Assembly (NCBI RefSeq): GCF_026210795.1
Contig: NC_089433.1
Span: 4,216,001-4,280,000 of the forward strand
Length of the DNA: 64,000 nucleotides
Direction: 5' to 3'
Source: Rhizophagus irregularis
Lineage: Eukaryota
Under the pieces are notes generated by a model that made no database searches, had not been told where the DNA came from, and saw nothing but the letters and a program-made list of their open reading frames with translations. The position numbers were made by a program, and so were the translations under genes. Below, piece after piece: positions 27,488-41,045 of this stretch. The stretch's first letter is position 1; each line of letters starts with the position of its first letter.

Positions 27488-30400
27488 GTTGTGTTATAAA
27501 AATTATAAAAATTATAAAAAAAGTGGAAATAAAAAAAAATATTTTAATTTTTTTTAATTTATTGAGTGATTTTTTTTTTTTTGTGAATGTTCTTTTATGG
27601 ATGAAAGGTCAAAACTGTCGGAGGGAAATCGGGGTTATTTATACCTAAAGTAATGAGAATGTAACATCATATAATCAATCAATCAATAACTTCATTAGGT
27701 AGGATTATCATTATATATAATGTTTGACAAACAATAAAATGAAATGGGGGAATCGAAAACAAACAATTAAAGGTTGACGAATAATATTTTTGATTTTTTT
27801 TGTGCTCAACATAAAAAAAAAACGAAATAAAATAAAATGAGTTTCTTTTTCTAACCAATGATAAATATTTCTTCTTAAATAAAATATTTTTAATGATTAT
27901 TTAAAGTTTTATATTATATTTATATATTTATTATATATTATAATAAATAAAAAAAAAATGGGGGAAAGACAAAGAATTCAAAGAGAAAAAAGATAACGTT
28001 TTGATAGTAAGTAGATCCTTTCAATAATTAAGACAATAATTAAGACGAAAAAGAAGAAACAATTTCAAATAATTACGAAGTTAGGTTAAATATAAAAAAG
28101 TTTTCACATGAATTCATTCATAAAAATGGGTGGGGCTGATAATTTTTATAAACAACGAAGTTTTTTTTTTTATGTACGTGAATATATATATCATTTGAAA
28201 AGGTAAAAATACGATAAAATAAAGTAAGATTTTCATGGATTTCAGCCTTTTCATTCAAAAAAAAGGGTAGTGTGAAAAAAAAATAATGTTTACAAATAAA
28301 TTAAGCTTCAAAAAAAAAAAAAAAAAAAAAATTTATTTATTTTTTTTTCTCGTTTTTTCCTAAAAAGAAAAAATAAATGTGAATCCTGTCACGAGATTAC
28401 TTCACGTTTTTTTTCAAATATTTTTTTTATCCATCTATTAATAAAAATTTGATAAAATTTTTTCAATTTTTTTTTAAAAAAAATTTGAAGAAATTTTTTT
28501 TTTTTAATAAAATAAATTAAAAAAAACGGATAAAAATTTTGATAAAATTGATTATGGTTGATATTCTTATTGCATTAAAAAAGTGCATCAATCATTAAAA
28601 TTTAACCAATAGTTTATAAAATAACTCGACATCACCAGGTCACCAGGTCTCATATGTCCTCATAGGACTCAAATCGTTACCATTAAATGATAAGATTTAT
28701 ATTTGACGTACTAATCTGGAGATTAGTAATGGGTTACCCCCTTTTTTGGTCATACAACAGTTAATTTTTAATTTAAATACCATATGTAGAAGGATAATTT
28801 GTAATTTTGGTCGATTATTTGAAATTGCTTAACACGGAGAATGATTTATTTAGTTAAATATAACAAAACATATTAGATAACGCCCAAGAGAAACTAGTTT
28901 TCTTAAAAAACTGGCGTAAAATAAAATGATTTACATACAAAAAACCTTTTTATTGAAATTAACCGTCATGAGATTTTTTTTAGAATTCAGAATATTTAAA
29001 GTTGATCACTTCCGATTATATTAATTAAGTTTTAAAAATGGGTTGCATTTTAATTTTTTTTGAAAAAAATACAAATGAAATGAAATCATGAAATTAATTT
29101 ATTATAACTGGTTATATATTTTTATATAAAAAAAAAATAGAATCAACCTTTTAATGGAACTTTATTTCTAAATATCGAAATGAAAATCCATCACGAGACA
29201 TTGTAAGAAACCACATGTCCTTGCACGAAATCTTTTTATTAACAATTTTGTTGGTCCGTTATTTTATTACACGTATTTGTAAAATAATATAAGCCTCTTA
29301 ACGGAGTTTATATATAATTGAAATTCCACTTATCTGCACAAAACCTTTACATAATATGCAGTATTCCCATAAACTTTTAAGCCCAATGCTAAGAAAACAA
29401 TAAGTTAATATCGGATTTAGATTTATTCAAGTCAGATAAGTGGAACGCGTACGAGAATTTTAGGTGACCACAATACAATTCGTGGAATTATCTTCCGGGT
29501 AAATTATATGGTTAACTTTTAATTGTGTAACGTTATTAACAATTAACGATTATTTTATCATATCATTTAAACCTTTTTTGAATTTTAATTAAGGCTTTTT
29601 TTCTTGGCTGAATAATTTTTTTATCTATGTATCATTACCAATTTAAGCATGTCATTTTTTTTGAAGGATATCTATCATGAAGGTAAAAATGGAAGAATTA
29701 TGAAATTATACATACATACAGTATATACATACATATATATACATACATACATGTATATATATATATTATTTATTTATTTATGTATTATATTGTATTCAAA
29801 AGTAATAATAAGATGACCACGTGAAATTTCTACCTACATTTTAAACTGTGCATTTAGTACATACTTTATCGGTATAGTTTTTACCGCTGCCGGTAGTCAT
29901 TTTCAAAAATGGAAGAATATTATCGGTAAAAAAAACAACCGACCGATCCGACCGATTAATTATTAAATTAATATTTTCGATTCCAAAAATGATCATATTA
30001 TGGATTCATATTATGTATTAATCATATTATTCTCATAGTTAAAATTTATTATTATTTGTCGCAATTTTTGGAATTTTTGGTGATAAGGTTTATAATAAAG
30101 TTAGTTATGCGAGTCCAGTTACCGGAATAAATCATGATTTTTTTTTCACAATTTTTAATTATTTTATATAAATATTTTTTTGTTTACGAATTGCGCACGC
30201 CCCAACATGAAATCATTCTAAATTTTATATGAAAAAATTTAAGAATATAATCAATTCTTTTATAAGAACCAATTGTTAATGTTTTAATTATTAATAAAAT
30301 TATTTTTATTTCTTAATTTATTTATTTATTTATTTATTTTATTTGTTCTTTTCGTGTCATCACATTCATAAGATACAGTTTGATAAAAAATTAAAAGTAA

Positions 30401-32523
30401 AATTTAAATATATACTTTAAAACACTCATTACGGTTTTCTCCAGAGTGAAGTTTAATATATGACTCATATATAATAAAAAGAATTTTTTTTTTGCAATTA
30501 AAAATTCGTTAAAAAGGAGAATGTAACAAAGTAAGTTAGTTCTATTGTCGAATCTGCAAGAATATGCAAGATTATGTATTTTATTTCTATTTAAAGTAAT
30601 CATTCCTGATTCCTCCATAACGTTCAACATAAATATGAACAAATTATCGTAAACAAAAGTTATAATATATTCTATCAAGTTTTCAAACTAGGGAAAAACG
30701 ATATTTTTTAAAAAAAAAGTCGGGTTTTTTTCTTAGTATTATAAAATAAATTACTTATTTTAACAATAAAAAGCCAAAAAAAGTTAAATTGCCGATCCGC
30801 CACAATTTGGATCGGCGAAATGGTGGAATGATTTCTTTGAAAAAGAGTATTTTGAAAAAAAAGTATTTTTTTTTTTTTTTTTTTATCAATGAAATCTTTT
30901 TTTGAATTTTTTTTTTGAACGAACCTTTTTTTAACCAAATTATTCAAATATTTTTTTTAAGTTTATAAAAAAAATATATTTATCTTTTATACAATAAAAA
31001 CTTTAAAAAAATTTGTTTAAATTAGTCAGATTTTTTTATATTTTTTTTTATAGTAAAATAGTTAAATCCGTCGAATCCCGTAAAACCCGCAATATCCCGT
31101 CATTCTTGTTTAAATAACAAATATGCACTTTTGAAACTAAAAAAGATTCAAAATCCATGTGATATTTTACAAATCAAGATTAACAACGTTTTAAACCCCA
31201 CAATTATTTTAAGAAAGTTTAAAATAACAATGAAAAATTCGAAATTATTTTTTACATTATAATTATTAGTGCGCTCCACCACCCTAAAAATAAGTATTTT
31301 TATAAACGTTATTTTTATTTTTTTAGATTATCAAGATATCATTGTTGTTATATAATAATTATATTTATTTTGAAACATTTAATTGCATTAAATTAATAAA
31401 TATATTATTTAAATTATAACTTTGTCGGTCGTTAAAGTTTGAAATCAAATTCTTTTACAATTTTTTTTAATTTTTTTCGAATTCTATTAATCTTTGTAAC
31501 GGATTTCGCATTAATTTGCTCAATTATCATTGGCAATAGTATTTTCTTTAAATGTATCGTATTGTAAGTAGGTGTAGGTAAAAGTAGAAGCCTACATTTG
31601 GCAGCCCATACCGTAACCAATGACCTGGAATTTAATGTATGAATACATATATGTACAGTCCCGGACTTGAAATATGAATTCTATGCCAGCCCGATTAAAA
31701 CATTGAAGACTCATGAATATTTATTTAATAATCGAATGTTTTTAAATAAATAAATTCGATCAATAAACAAAGCGCATCTGTGACACGATTAAAATTTAAA
31801 CCATGCTATATTAATAATATACAATCACTAAATAGATGTGATTATTATAATCTCTTGTAACGCGGAAATATTGGAAATACTGTATTTAACGACACAATTT
31901 TATTATTTATTACAAGAAAAAAATTTTTTACATTCCAAGATATTTGAAAATTTGACTTTCATAAAAAAAAAAAAAGTCATTTTATTTAATTATTTATTAT
32001 AAAATTTTTTACTGTATGTGACTACTATTAGTAGTTTCTTTTCTATATAACAGCCTGAATAATACAGAAATATAAATTTGGAATATATATTTTTTTATTT
32101 TTATTTTTTATTTTTATTTATTTATTTATTTATTTATTTATTTTGCTTTATAAGTTTCATGTCCGAATGTTACTTTTTATTCTGTTAATTTTTTAATAGT
32201 TATTTATTATATCGTCGCAGCTATACAGCACTTTTAAAGAAAAATTTTTTTTTTTTTTTTTTGAAAAGAGTAAAGACATAAACCATAAACAACTATTTAA
32301 AATTATTATAATATATTATAATTTGTTTTTTTTTTGCTACATAGAATATAAATTGAACTCGATATGATGGCAACTTTCCAGTCTTTAGCTAGTTTGGCTA
32401 TCAATTCTCGATAAACCAAATTATTAACTTATGAAAACTTTTTTTTTTTTTCCTCCCAAGCGAGCCCTTACTATGGACGAGGCTCAAACCGAACCACTTA
32501 TAAATAAATTGATTTTATTACTA

Positions 32524-32590
32524 CAGTCAGACCTTGATATACCGATATTCGATTATACCGATATATATTAAAAACTCGATATAACGATAA
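32524..32590 (+). mobile_element. Truncated left end of a Tc1/mariner(pogo)-like MITE
   Basis: ta|cagtcagaccttgatata...ctcgatataacga resembles the TIR of the element at 40878-41045. No partner end found. Confidence 0.5.
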
Positions 32591-32844
32591 AATTTTACTT
32601 TCTTACACTTCCCTGCTATAAACTTTCATTCTTTCAATATACATTTCGAAGTTTAATTTCGCCAATTTTTGATTTTGATGAATTCGAAACACTCATTAAG
32701 TAAAATTTTTAAGGTATCATAACGTCCGACATTCCATACATGTTGAAATATTTAAGCATTTATTTGATTTTCTTGGTTCTTTAAACATTGAAATTAAAAG
32801 TTTCAATTATCGCAAAATACTGTTTATCCCAATTACCCAATCAC

Positions 32845-33039
32845 GGGACTGGCCCATTTCACCGACAATCATTTCACCGACTACCTACATACAGTTTTTG
32901 AAATCCCTAACCCTAATTCTAACCCTAACTCCTAATTCTAACCCTAATTTTCTTAACCCTAACTCTTTTCCTAACTTCCTAAATTCCCTTGTTAGATGAT
33001 TGTCGGTGAAATGATTGTCCGGTGAAATGGATGCGACCC
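32845..33039. mobile_element. Foldback MITE with internal degenerate (CCCTAA)n
   Basis: About 35-bp inverted arms ccatttcaccgacaatcatttcaccgac / gtcggtgaaatgattgtccggtgaaatgg with GGG...CCC ends. The interior holds ccctaa-like repeats. No clear TSD. Confidence 0.75.
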
Positions 33040-33238
33040 AGCAATGGTTCACGTGCGTATGACTGCGTATGACTGCGTGTGAAACTTTGGAGTAAAAATG
33101 AATTGGGTGGTCCGTTATTTTTGCAAATAGCTGTAAACTTGGGTCAAATCGATGTTTTACTAGATTATACTGCGGGATAGTCATAATTAAAACTTTGATA
33201 ATGCAGATTTTTGGATAAATCCAATATCCGTTTACAAA

Positions 33239-33529
33239 TACTAGTCCTGTTCAATTCTATTCTGTTCCGTTCTGATTCGATTTTTTGCTAAATTTTTGAA
33301 CTAATCAAATTCATTTAAAAATCGGATTAACCACCAGATCAACAGATTAAAAATTGATGTTCATATGCAATATGTGCTTGGATTTTTGATTGATACAATT
33401 GGTTGGAAATAAACGGAACAGATTAAACACGATTTTTCTACTCAATTTATTCCACTTTTTTAATTGGCTAAAATTAATTTCACTAAAATTGATCAGAACG
33501 GAGCAGAATAGAATTGAACAGAGCTACTA
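33239..33529. mobile_element. MITE-like inverted-repeat element
   Basis: Arms ctgttcaattctattctgttccgttctgat / atcagaacggagcagaatagaattgaacag (about 30 bp, 1 mismatch). Confidence 0.75.
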
Positions 33530-34149
33530 TATAATCTAACGTTTTTATTTACTAACACTAAAAAAAATTTTTTTAGAAAAATGATCATTCATCGAAGTTT
33601 TTCCCAGAAAAATTTTTATTAGGATAAAAAAGTTCACCAATCAGGTTAATAAAGTAAAACATATGAACTTCTCTTTTCCTATTATTTTTAAGTTACGAAA
33701 ACGTGCCTCAAAAAAACTTTAATGGTACTGTATGCATATGTGATATGACATCAAAATAGTGCATGGAATTCCCATGGATTATGCAGGAATTTAACGGGAT
33801 CTGTGCAAATCTTACATCATACAAATCTCATAAAATTCCGCGTAACGGTTAATTAACCCCATTCCCTGCATCAAGATCAACAGCCCAAATTCTGTATTTG
33901 GTTTTTTTATGACAACTATGTTTAATGCTAAACTATATTATTTTGAACCCATAAACGTTCCCGCATCCCGCATTACGGCATTAGTAAGCATAATGAATTT
34001 TGTATGATGCTAAGAATTAAAAATAAATAACTTGGTCTAGTCGACCAAACTTCACCCCCGATGAAATTTCTTTTTTCGTGAAATAAAAATAATTCATTCA
34101 AATTTAAGATAAATCAAAAATTATATTAAATTATATTAAATCTTCGATA

Positions 34150-35651
34150 ATGAGTTATCCGCAAAAAAAATTGATAAAAGATATTGATCCTAACGAGGTT
34201 CAAAAATTTAAAAAATCATTTGATAATAATATTACTAAAATATTAACAGAAGGTGATGAAGGATATGAAGAGAGCATATTGAGATGGGCTGATAATTCAA
34301 TTAGAAAAGCAGGAATTGTTGTTCAAGCGACATGTCTTGATGATATCGTTAAAACTGTTAATTTTGCTAATAAAAATAATTTGGATTTTGCTGTATGTTG
34401 TGGTGGTCATTCAACTTCTGGTAGTTCAAGTTCTGAAGGAGGAATAGTATTAAATATGAGAAAATTAAATAAAGTAAGAGTTGATACTGAAAAGAAATTA
34501 ATTTATGCTCAAGGTGGTGCATTATTCGGTGAAGTTGATAGTGAAGCTTGGAAATATGGGTTAGCTACCGTAGGAGGTATAGTTCATCATACAGGAATTG
34601 GCGGATTATCATTAGGAGGTGGTTTTGGTTACTTAACAAGTAAACATGGATTAACAGTTGATAATATCATGGGAGCTACAATAGTTACTGCAGATGGTGA
34701 AGTAAGAGAATTATCAGCTAACAAGAATGAAGATTTATTTTGGGCGATTAGAGGATGTGGAATTAATTTTGGTGTTGTTTATGAATTTATTTTTCAAGCT
34801 CATGAACAAAAAGAAATTGTCGCCGGTTTTTTAGCATTTCCTGCTGAAAAATTAGATTCTGCCGTTGAAGCCTCTAAAGCATGGCTTAAAAATCGTGGAA
34901 CTGATGAAAATATCACCTTTGTCATTAATAGACTCCCTCCGGAAAATAAGGTATTTATATAATATCCTAGCTTATATATTATATATATTATAACGCAGAT
35001 ATTTACGTTTTTGATTCTTTTTAGCCAGCCATCACGTTCATATTATTTTCTGATGATCCATCGGAACAAGTTTTTCGAAAAAAATTTTCACTTATTTATG
35101 AATGTGGTGAACCAATATTTGAAAAAGTAGAACGTATGCCATATCCCAAATTAAATATGTTATTGGATGAATCCACCGACTTTGGAGATCGTAAAGCAGT
35201 ACTCAACGCGCAAATTGATTATGTTAATATCTCAAGCGTTCGTGAAGCCTATGAATCCTTTGTTAATTTTACAAATGAAAATCCGGAAGCCGCTCAAACA
35301 CATATTGAAATTGATTTAATTGATAGCAAAAAAATTGCTTCAATACCTTCTGATTCTACAGCATTTCATCCTCGTAAACAATTTTATCACGTAGTTATAG
35401 TTCAAAGATGGAAAACTAAAGAGTGTGATAAAATTGTTTATGATTGGTCAAAAAGTATTCAAAGTATTTTTAATAAAGATGGAGATAAATCTCTTTACGT
35501 TAATTTTGTGGATACTACTACGGATCAAGCATATAATAATGAAGAGATTTTGAAAAATGTATGGGGTAAAAATTATGAAAGATTGAAAGAATTGAAAAGA
35601 AAATATGATCCAAACGTTTTTTTCAGAAAAGGTGCTGTCATCTTTCCATGA
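34150..35651 (+). CDS. FAD-linked oxidoreductase (FAD_binding_4 + BBE domain), copy 1, 475 aa
   Basis: Exons 34150-34950 and 35025-35651. GGHS flavinylation motif, [40 protein letters not shown], and C-terminal [21 protein letters not shown]. No signal peptide. Confidence 0.93.
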
Positions 35652-36067
35652 TTTATTAAATATTAAATATTTTTAAGAATTATTTTTTATATATATATTT
35701 ACTTTATAGTATGTAAATTTTTCATATTTTAAATTTTAAATGAGCCTTATTATATTTTATTATATTTTTTATTATCTAATAAAAATCATTTATTAAAAGA
35801 TTATGATATTGTAATTTCTTGATTTGACGAATTATGTATACTTTATAGTATGTAAATTTCTCATACTTAAATTTTATATTTTATTATATTTTATTACCTA
35901 ATAAAAATCATTTATTAAAAGATTATGGTAATTTCTTGATTTGAACGAATCAATTAAAACGACATCAATTTTAAAAAATCAAATATAAAATATAATTGTT
36001 ACATATATACTGTATATTGATATTATCATTATCTTATGTCTTATTGAGTTTTTCATCACAATTTTTC

Positions 36068-36252
36068 GGTATCGGGACTTTTCGCCGAAGCCATTTCGCC
36101 GAAGGGATATTTCTCCGACCCTATAAAAAAAATTCTAGAAAAAACTCCGATAAATGATCATTTTTCTAGTTTTCATTCCGAAGAAACAGACACGTGATCA
36201 TTTTTCTGAAAAATTTTTTATATGGCGAAGGGACGTTTCACCGAAATACGTA
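36068..36252. mobile_element. Small Mutator-like MITE (7557 family) interrupted by a CACTA-like MITE
   Basis: ggtatcgggacttttcgccgaagccatttcgccgaag matches the left end of 7557-8078. The sequence resumes after 36225. Confidence 0.6.
36119..36225. mobile_element. CACTA/CMC-like MITE family A
   Basis: ccctataaaaaa...ttttttatatgg termini with a 3-bp TSD cga on both sides. Homologous to 37463-37560. Confidence 0.8.
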
Positions 36253-36661
36253 CTTTATCGTTAGTATAATCGAAAAGTACCGTAACAAAATTTCGATTTT
36301 TTTTTGTGAATTTTACACGCGGAAAATAATAAAATTTAATGATTATCAAGTAAATTTTTTCGATCTATATATGAATCATCAACGTGACAACGTCTAAGTT
36401 CTAACAAAAAAAAAATAAAATTAACTTTTATTATCTATAATTTAATACACTATTAATATCTACACGGCGCGTAGATATAGGAAAATATTCTCGTATCGTG
36501 TGAACGAATAATTAACGCGCAAAAATAAACGAACGATTCATTATAGTAAATATTTTAAACTAGTTTTATAATTAGATAGATTTACTAAAAACATTTAATG
36601 GTTAAAAAAACAACACGCTACTATATTAATTTAGATAAATGGTATAAATGGTTATATAATA

Positions 36662-37390
36662 GGGTATTTCACCGAAAATCGTTTCACTGATAATCAACTC
36701 ACCGACAGTAAATTTTACAAACAGGATCAATTGTTTCACAAATGGCAATTTCACCGATGGGTTCATTTCTTTGACAGGATTATTTCACCGACAAATACTA
36801 AATGAGTAAAAGATCCATTGATTATTTTTTTGTAAATATTATTTCATAATATAATGAACGGTAAAATATATAATATTTATTCAACGTATAACTTAAAATT
36901 TCATATCATAATACCGTCTATAAACACTAAATGCTTAATGTATTTACTAAATAAAATAATGTATTTAACATCCCTGTAAAAATAGTCGATCCGTTTTTTA
37001 TATTCCATCTTTTTTCATAAAAGGCTCATTTCCGGGATTAATAACCTTATATCACGGAATTTATCGAATTATTTTCATTTTCCGTGAATGGATCCGTGAA
37101 AGGCTCATTTTTACGGAGATTTTACAGAAATAACGGATAAAATTTTTTATAGGGCATATTTAACATGTAACATAGATAAATACTCCTAACATTAAAAATT
37201 GGTTATAAAAATACTATAAAATTTGTGTCTTTGTGATGCTGAATGATTTTAGGTAAAATGATTCTCAGCGAAATAGCCCTGTCGGTAAAATGACCCTGTT
37301 AGTAAAATGATTCTGTCGGCGAAATGATTTCCGGTGAACTCTCTATCGGTAAGTTGATTGTCGATGAAAAATTGTCGGTGAAATAAACCG
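36662..37390. mobile_element. Long-TIR (Mutator-like) element containing a nested CACTA-like MITE
   Basis: Inverted arms made of tttcaccgac / gtcggtgaaa subrepeats at about 36662-36795 and 37250-37390. Ends are approximate. Confidence 0.65.
36972..37154. mobile_element. CACTA/CMC-like MITE family B
   Basis: ccctgtaaaaa...tttttataggg with a 3-bp TSD cat. A closely related copy lies at 63611-63824. Confidence 0.8.
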
Positions 37391-37462
37391 AATCTAAATG
37401 ATATTGAACGGGCGCCAAAAGTATCGGTCGAAGACCGATATAACCCTGTTCAATGACAGTAT

Positions 37463-37560
37463 CCCCATAAAAAAATTCTGGAGAAAACCATCGTTTTTCT
37501 AGTTTTTATTCCGAAGAAACTCAGACATGTGGTCATTTTTCTGAAAAATTTTTTATAGGG
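37463..37560. mobile_element. CACTA/CMC-like MITE family A
   Basis: ccccataaaaaa...ttttttataggg with a 3-bp TSD tat. Partial relatives near 33560-33623 and 38245-38316. Confidence 0.8.
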
Positions 37561-37661
37561 TATTATGATCCTATCATTAAGATTAGTGCGCGTGCTACGG
37601 TGCTAGTATTATTGTTATATATATTAAAAATTGATTGAATAAATTATATTCCCGGACGGGG

Positions 37662-37845
37662 ATAAATTAGCCCGTTACTGCGTCGCTGCATTTTTAAAAC
37701 TTTGGGATTTTGACTGTCAAGATTTTTAACTGTCAGAATTTGTGACTATCGGGATTTTATTTCAACGGGATTAGGGTTTGTCAGGAACTTGGTGTCGGGA
37801 TTGTAGACTGTCGATTTTATGGTTGTCAGGATTTTGTGGTAAAGC
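37662..37845 (-). mobile_element. Solo long TIR arm of a Mutator-like family (cccgac subrepeats)
   Basis: About 185 bp, the reverse complement of 48069-48281. Confidence 0.7.
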
Positions 37846-38747
37846 CATTCGAGGGGACATATATATAATTGGTTAATTTTGATAAATCTTAAAATAAATT
37901 TGTTTAGGTTCTACTTGGTCTTTTTTATCTTTTGCATGGAAATCTTTAAATACAATTTAAAAAAGAAAGAAAGGTATTTTATTGAGGGGCTCGTAAATTT
38001 CATATTTTTCAATAATAAATATTATTAATATTAATATAAAATAAATTTAAGTATTATTACTTAATTTTTAAATTGTATATTGACTTCATTACCTTTACCA
38101 ACTTGATCGTTAAAATTTTTGAATCAAATTATTTTGTCAAATGAGATCTTTTAAGATTTTATATTTATCGTTATATATAACATATAAAAATCGTTTATGA
38201 ATTTGATAACGATTTTTTTCATTAAACCGAGTGTAATTGAGTTAATGATCACATGTCTGGATTTTTTTTGGAATAAAAAACTAGATGATCATTTGTTGGG
38301 AAAATTTTTTATAGGGTATCTTTTTTTCGTTCATCAATCAGGCATTATTATTTAACAAAGTAAAACATATGGACGTATGACGTAATATGTGATAGGCATC
38401 ATCCTGTACTTTGACTAATTTGGCTTTTTCATGAACAACTATTATAGGCTCATAAATCATAATATGCTAAACTATATTATATTAAATCATATCCCATATT
38501 ATGTTGTCATAATTTTTTTTTACTTTCTTCTATAGTTATCTAAATCAATCAAATGGCTTCCGAATTAATAAGTATAATGAACTTTTTATGATCAGATTAG
38601 GTAAGTCCCGACGCTAAGAATTAGAAATAAATAAACTTGGTGACGGTCGATCAAATTCTCTATTTTGATGAAATTTCTTCGTGAAATAAAACAATTCATT
38701 CAAATTTAAAAGATAATCGAATCAAAAAATATATTAAATCTTCGATC

Positions 38748-40258
38748 ATGAGTTATCCGCAAAAAAAATTGATAAAAGATATTGATCCTAACGAGGTTCA
38801 AAAATTTAAAGAATCATTTGATAATAATATTACTAAAGTATTAACAGAAGTTGATGAAGGATATGAAGAGAGTATAACGAGATGGGCTGATAACTCAATT
38901 AGAAAAGCAGGAATTGTTGTTCAAGCGACATGTCTTAATGATATCGTTAAAACTGTTAATTTTGCTAATAAAAATAATTTGGATTTTGCTGTATGTTGTG
39001 GTGGTCATTCAACTTCTGGTAGTTCAAGTTCTGAAGGAGGAATAGTATTAAATATGAGAAAATTGAATAAAGTAAGAGTTGATACTGAAAAGAAATTAAT
39101 TTATGCTCAAGGTGGTGCATTATTCGGTGAAGTTGATAGTGAAGCTTGGAAATATGGGTTAGCTACCGTAGGAGGTATAGTTCATCGTACGGGAATTGGT
39201 GGATTATCATTAGGAGGTGGTTTTGGTTACTTAACAAGTAAACATGGATTAACAGTTGATAATGTGATGGGAGCTACAATAGTTACTGCAGATGGAGAAG
39301 TAAGAGAATTATCAGCTAACAAGAATGAAGATTTATTTTGGGCGATTAGAGGATGTGGAATTAATTTTGGTGTTGTTTATGAATTTATTTTTAAAGCTCA
39401 TGAACAAAAAGAAATTGTCGTCGGTTTGTTAGCATTTCCTGCTGAAAAATTAGATTCGGCCGTTGAAGCCACTAATACATGGCTTAGAAATCGTGGAATT
39501 GATGAAAATATCACCTTTATCATTAATAGACTCCCTCCGGAAAATAAGGTATTTATATAATATCCTAGCTTATATACGATATATACGATATCTATTACAA
39601 CGCGGATATTTACGTTTTTGATTCTTTTCAGCCAACCATCAAGCTCGTGTTATTTTCTAATGATCCATCGGAACAAGTTTTTCGAAAAACATTTTCAATT
39701 ATTTATGAATGTGGTGAACCAATATATGAAAAAGTAGAACGTATGCCATATCCCAAATTAAATATGTTATTGGATGAATCCTCCAACTATGGAATTCGTA
39801 AAGCAGTACTCAGCGCGCAAGTTGATCATTTTAATATCTCAAGCGTTCGTGAAGCCTATGATTCTTTTGTCAATTTTACAAATGAAAATCCGGAAGCCAC
39901 TTACTCATTTATCGCAATTGATTTAATTGATGGCAAAAAAATTGCTTCAATACCTTCTGATTCTACAGCATTTCATCCTCGTAAACAATTTTATAACATA
40001 GCTATAATTCAAAGATGGAATACTAAACACTATGATAAAATTGTTTATAATTGGGGAAAAAATGTTCAAAGTATTTTTAATAAAGATGGAGATAAATCTC
40101 TTTATGTTAATTTTATGGATACTACCACAGAACATGTATATAAAAATGAAGAGATGTTGAAAAATGTATGGGGTAAAAATTATGAAAAATTAAAAGAATT
40201 GAAAAGAAAATATGATCCAAACGTCTTATTCAGAAAGGGTGCTGTCATCTTCCCATAA
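38748..40258 (+). CDS. FAD-linked oxidoreductase (FAD_binding_4 + BBE domain), copy 2, 475 aa
   Basis: Exons 38748-39548 and 39632-40258. Same length, intron position and motifs as copy 1. Proximal upstream and 3' flanks are also homologous. Confidence 0.93.
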
Positions 40259-40592
40259 TGTATTAGATAGGATTTTTGGAATTATTTTTTATATATACTT
40301 TATAGCATGTAAATTTTTCATATTTTAAATTTTAAATGAGCCATATATTATATTATCCAATAAAAAATTTTATGATATTTAACGAAATTAATTTAAAAAA
40401 TCAAATATAAATATAAATGTTAATATTTTGTCACATTAAAGAGTAATTGTGCACTGCTTTTTTAACTCTATTAATTGCATATAAATTTTTTCTTTTTCTT
40501 CTGATGAAATTGTTGATGTTTTAGCATCTAATCTTGATTATTCTTCTTGTAATAATTTTCTGTTAAATGATGAATCTGGTGTCACTGATATG

Positions 40593-40816
40593 TAGTGCTT
40601 CGATCCGGATGAAAACTTGAATATTTTCATGTGACGATTATGGCTGAGAAAGATTATGAATTTCAGATTTAAACAGACTATAATTTAAACCAACATTAAA
40701 GTATTATTATCCCAAAAATTCATACTAATTCTGGCCAAACTCATAGTGCCAGCGAAATTTAATGAAATTCAATCCGGATGAAAATCCGGATAAAACCGCT
40801 ACGGATCGAAGCACTA
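40593..40816. mobile_element. hAT-like MITE (224 bp)
   Basis: Perfect 15-bp TIR tagtgcttcgatccg. 8-bp TSD ctgatatg at 40585-40592 and 40817-40824. Confidence 0.93.
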
Positions 40817-40877
40817 CTGATATGAGCGTATGTGATCAATTTTTTTTTTTGTAGGGGCTTCTTCAGCTTTCTTACTA

Positions 40878-41045
40878 CAGTCAGAACTCGATATAACGAA
40901 CCCTCCGGTTCAATGAGAAAAATCGGTATATCAAAATTTATAAGTTTTATAATTGTTATAACGATTTTTATATGAATCTTAAAAAATCGCTTTCTTTATC
41001 GTGAAATTCGTTATATCGCATAGTCGTTATATCGAGTCCTGACTG
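40878..41045. mobile_element. Tc1/mariner(pogo)-like MITE (168 bp)
   Basis: 22-bp TIR cagtcag(a/g)actcgatataacga (21/22) flanked by TA on both sides. Confidence 0.9.

Noticed and set aside
30391..31620. Short ORFs in the long intergenic region
   Set aside because: F/K/I/L-biased translations of poly-A/T DNA with no splice or motif support.
32885..33184. 99-aa ORF with RVRIRVR repeats
   Set aside because: Translation of the telomere-like repeat and MITE arms.
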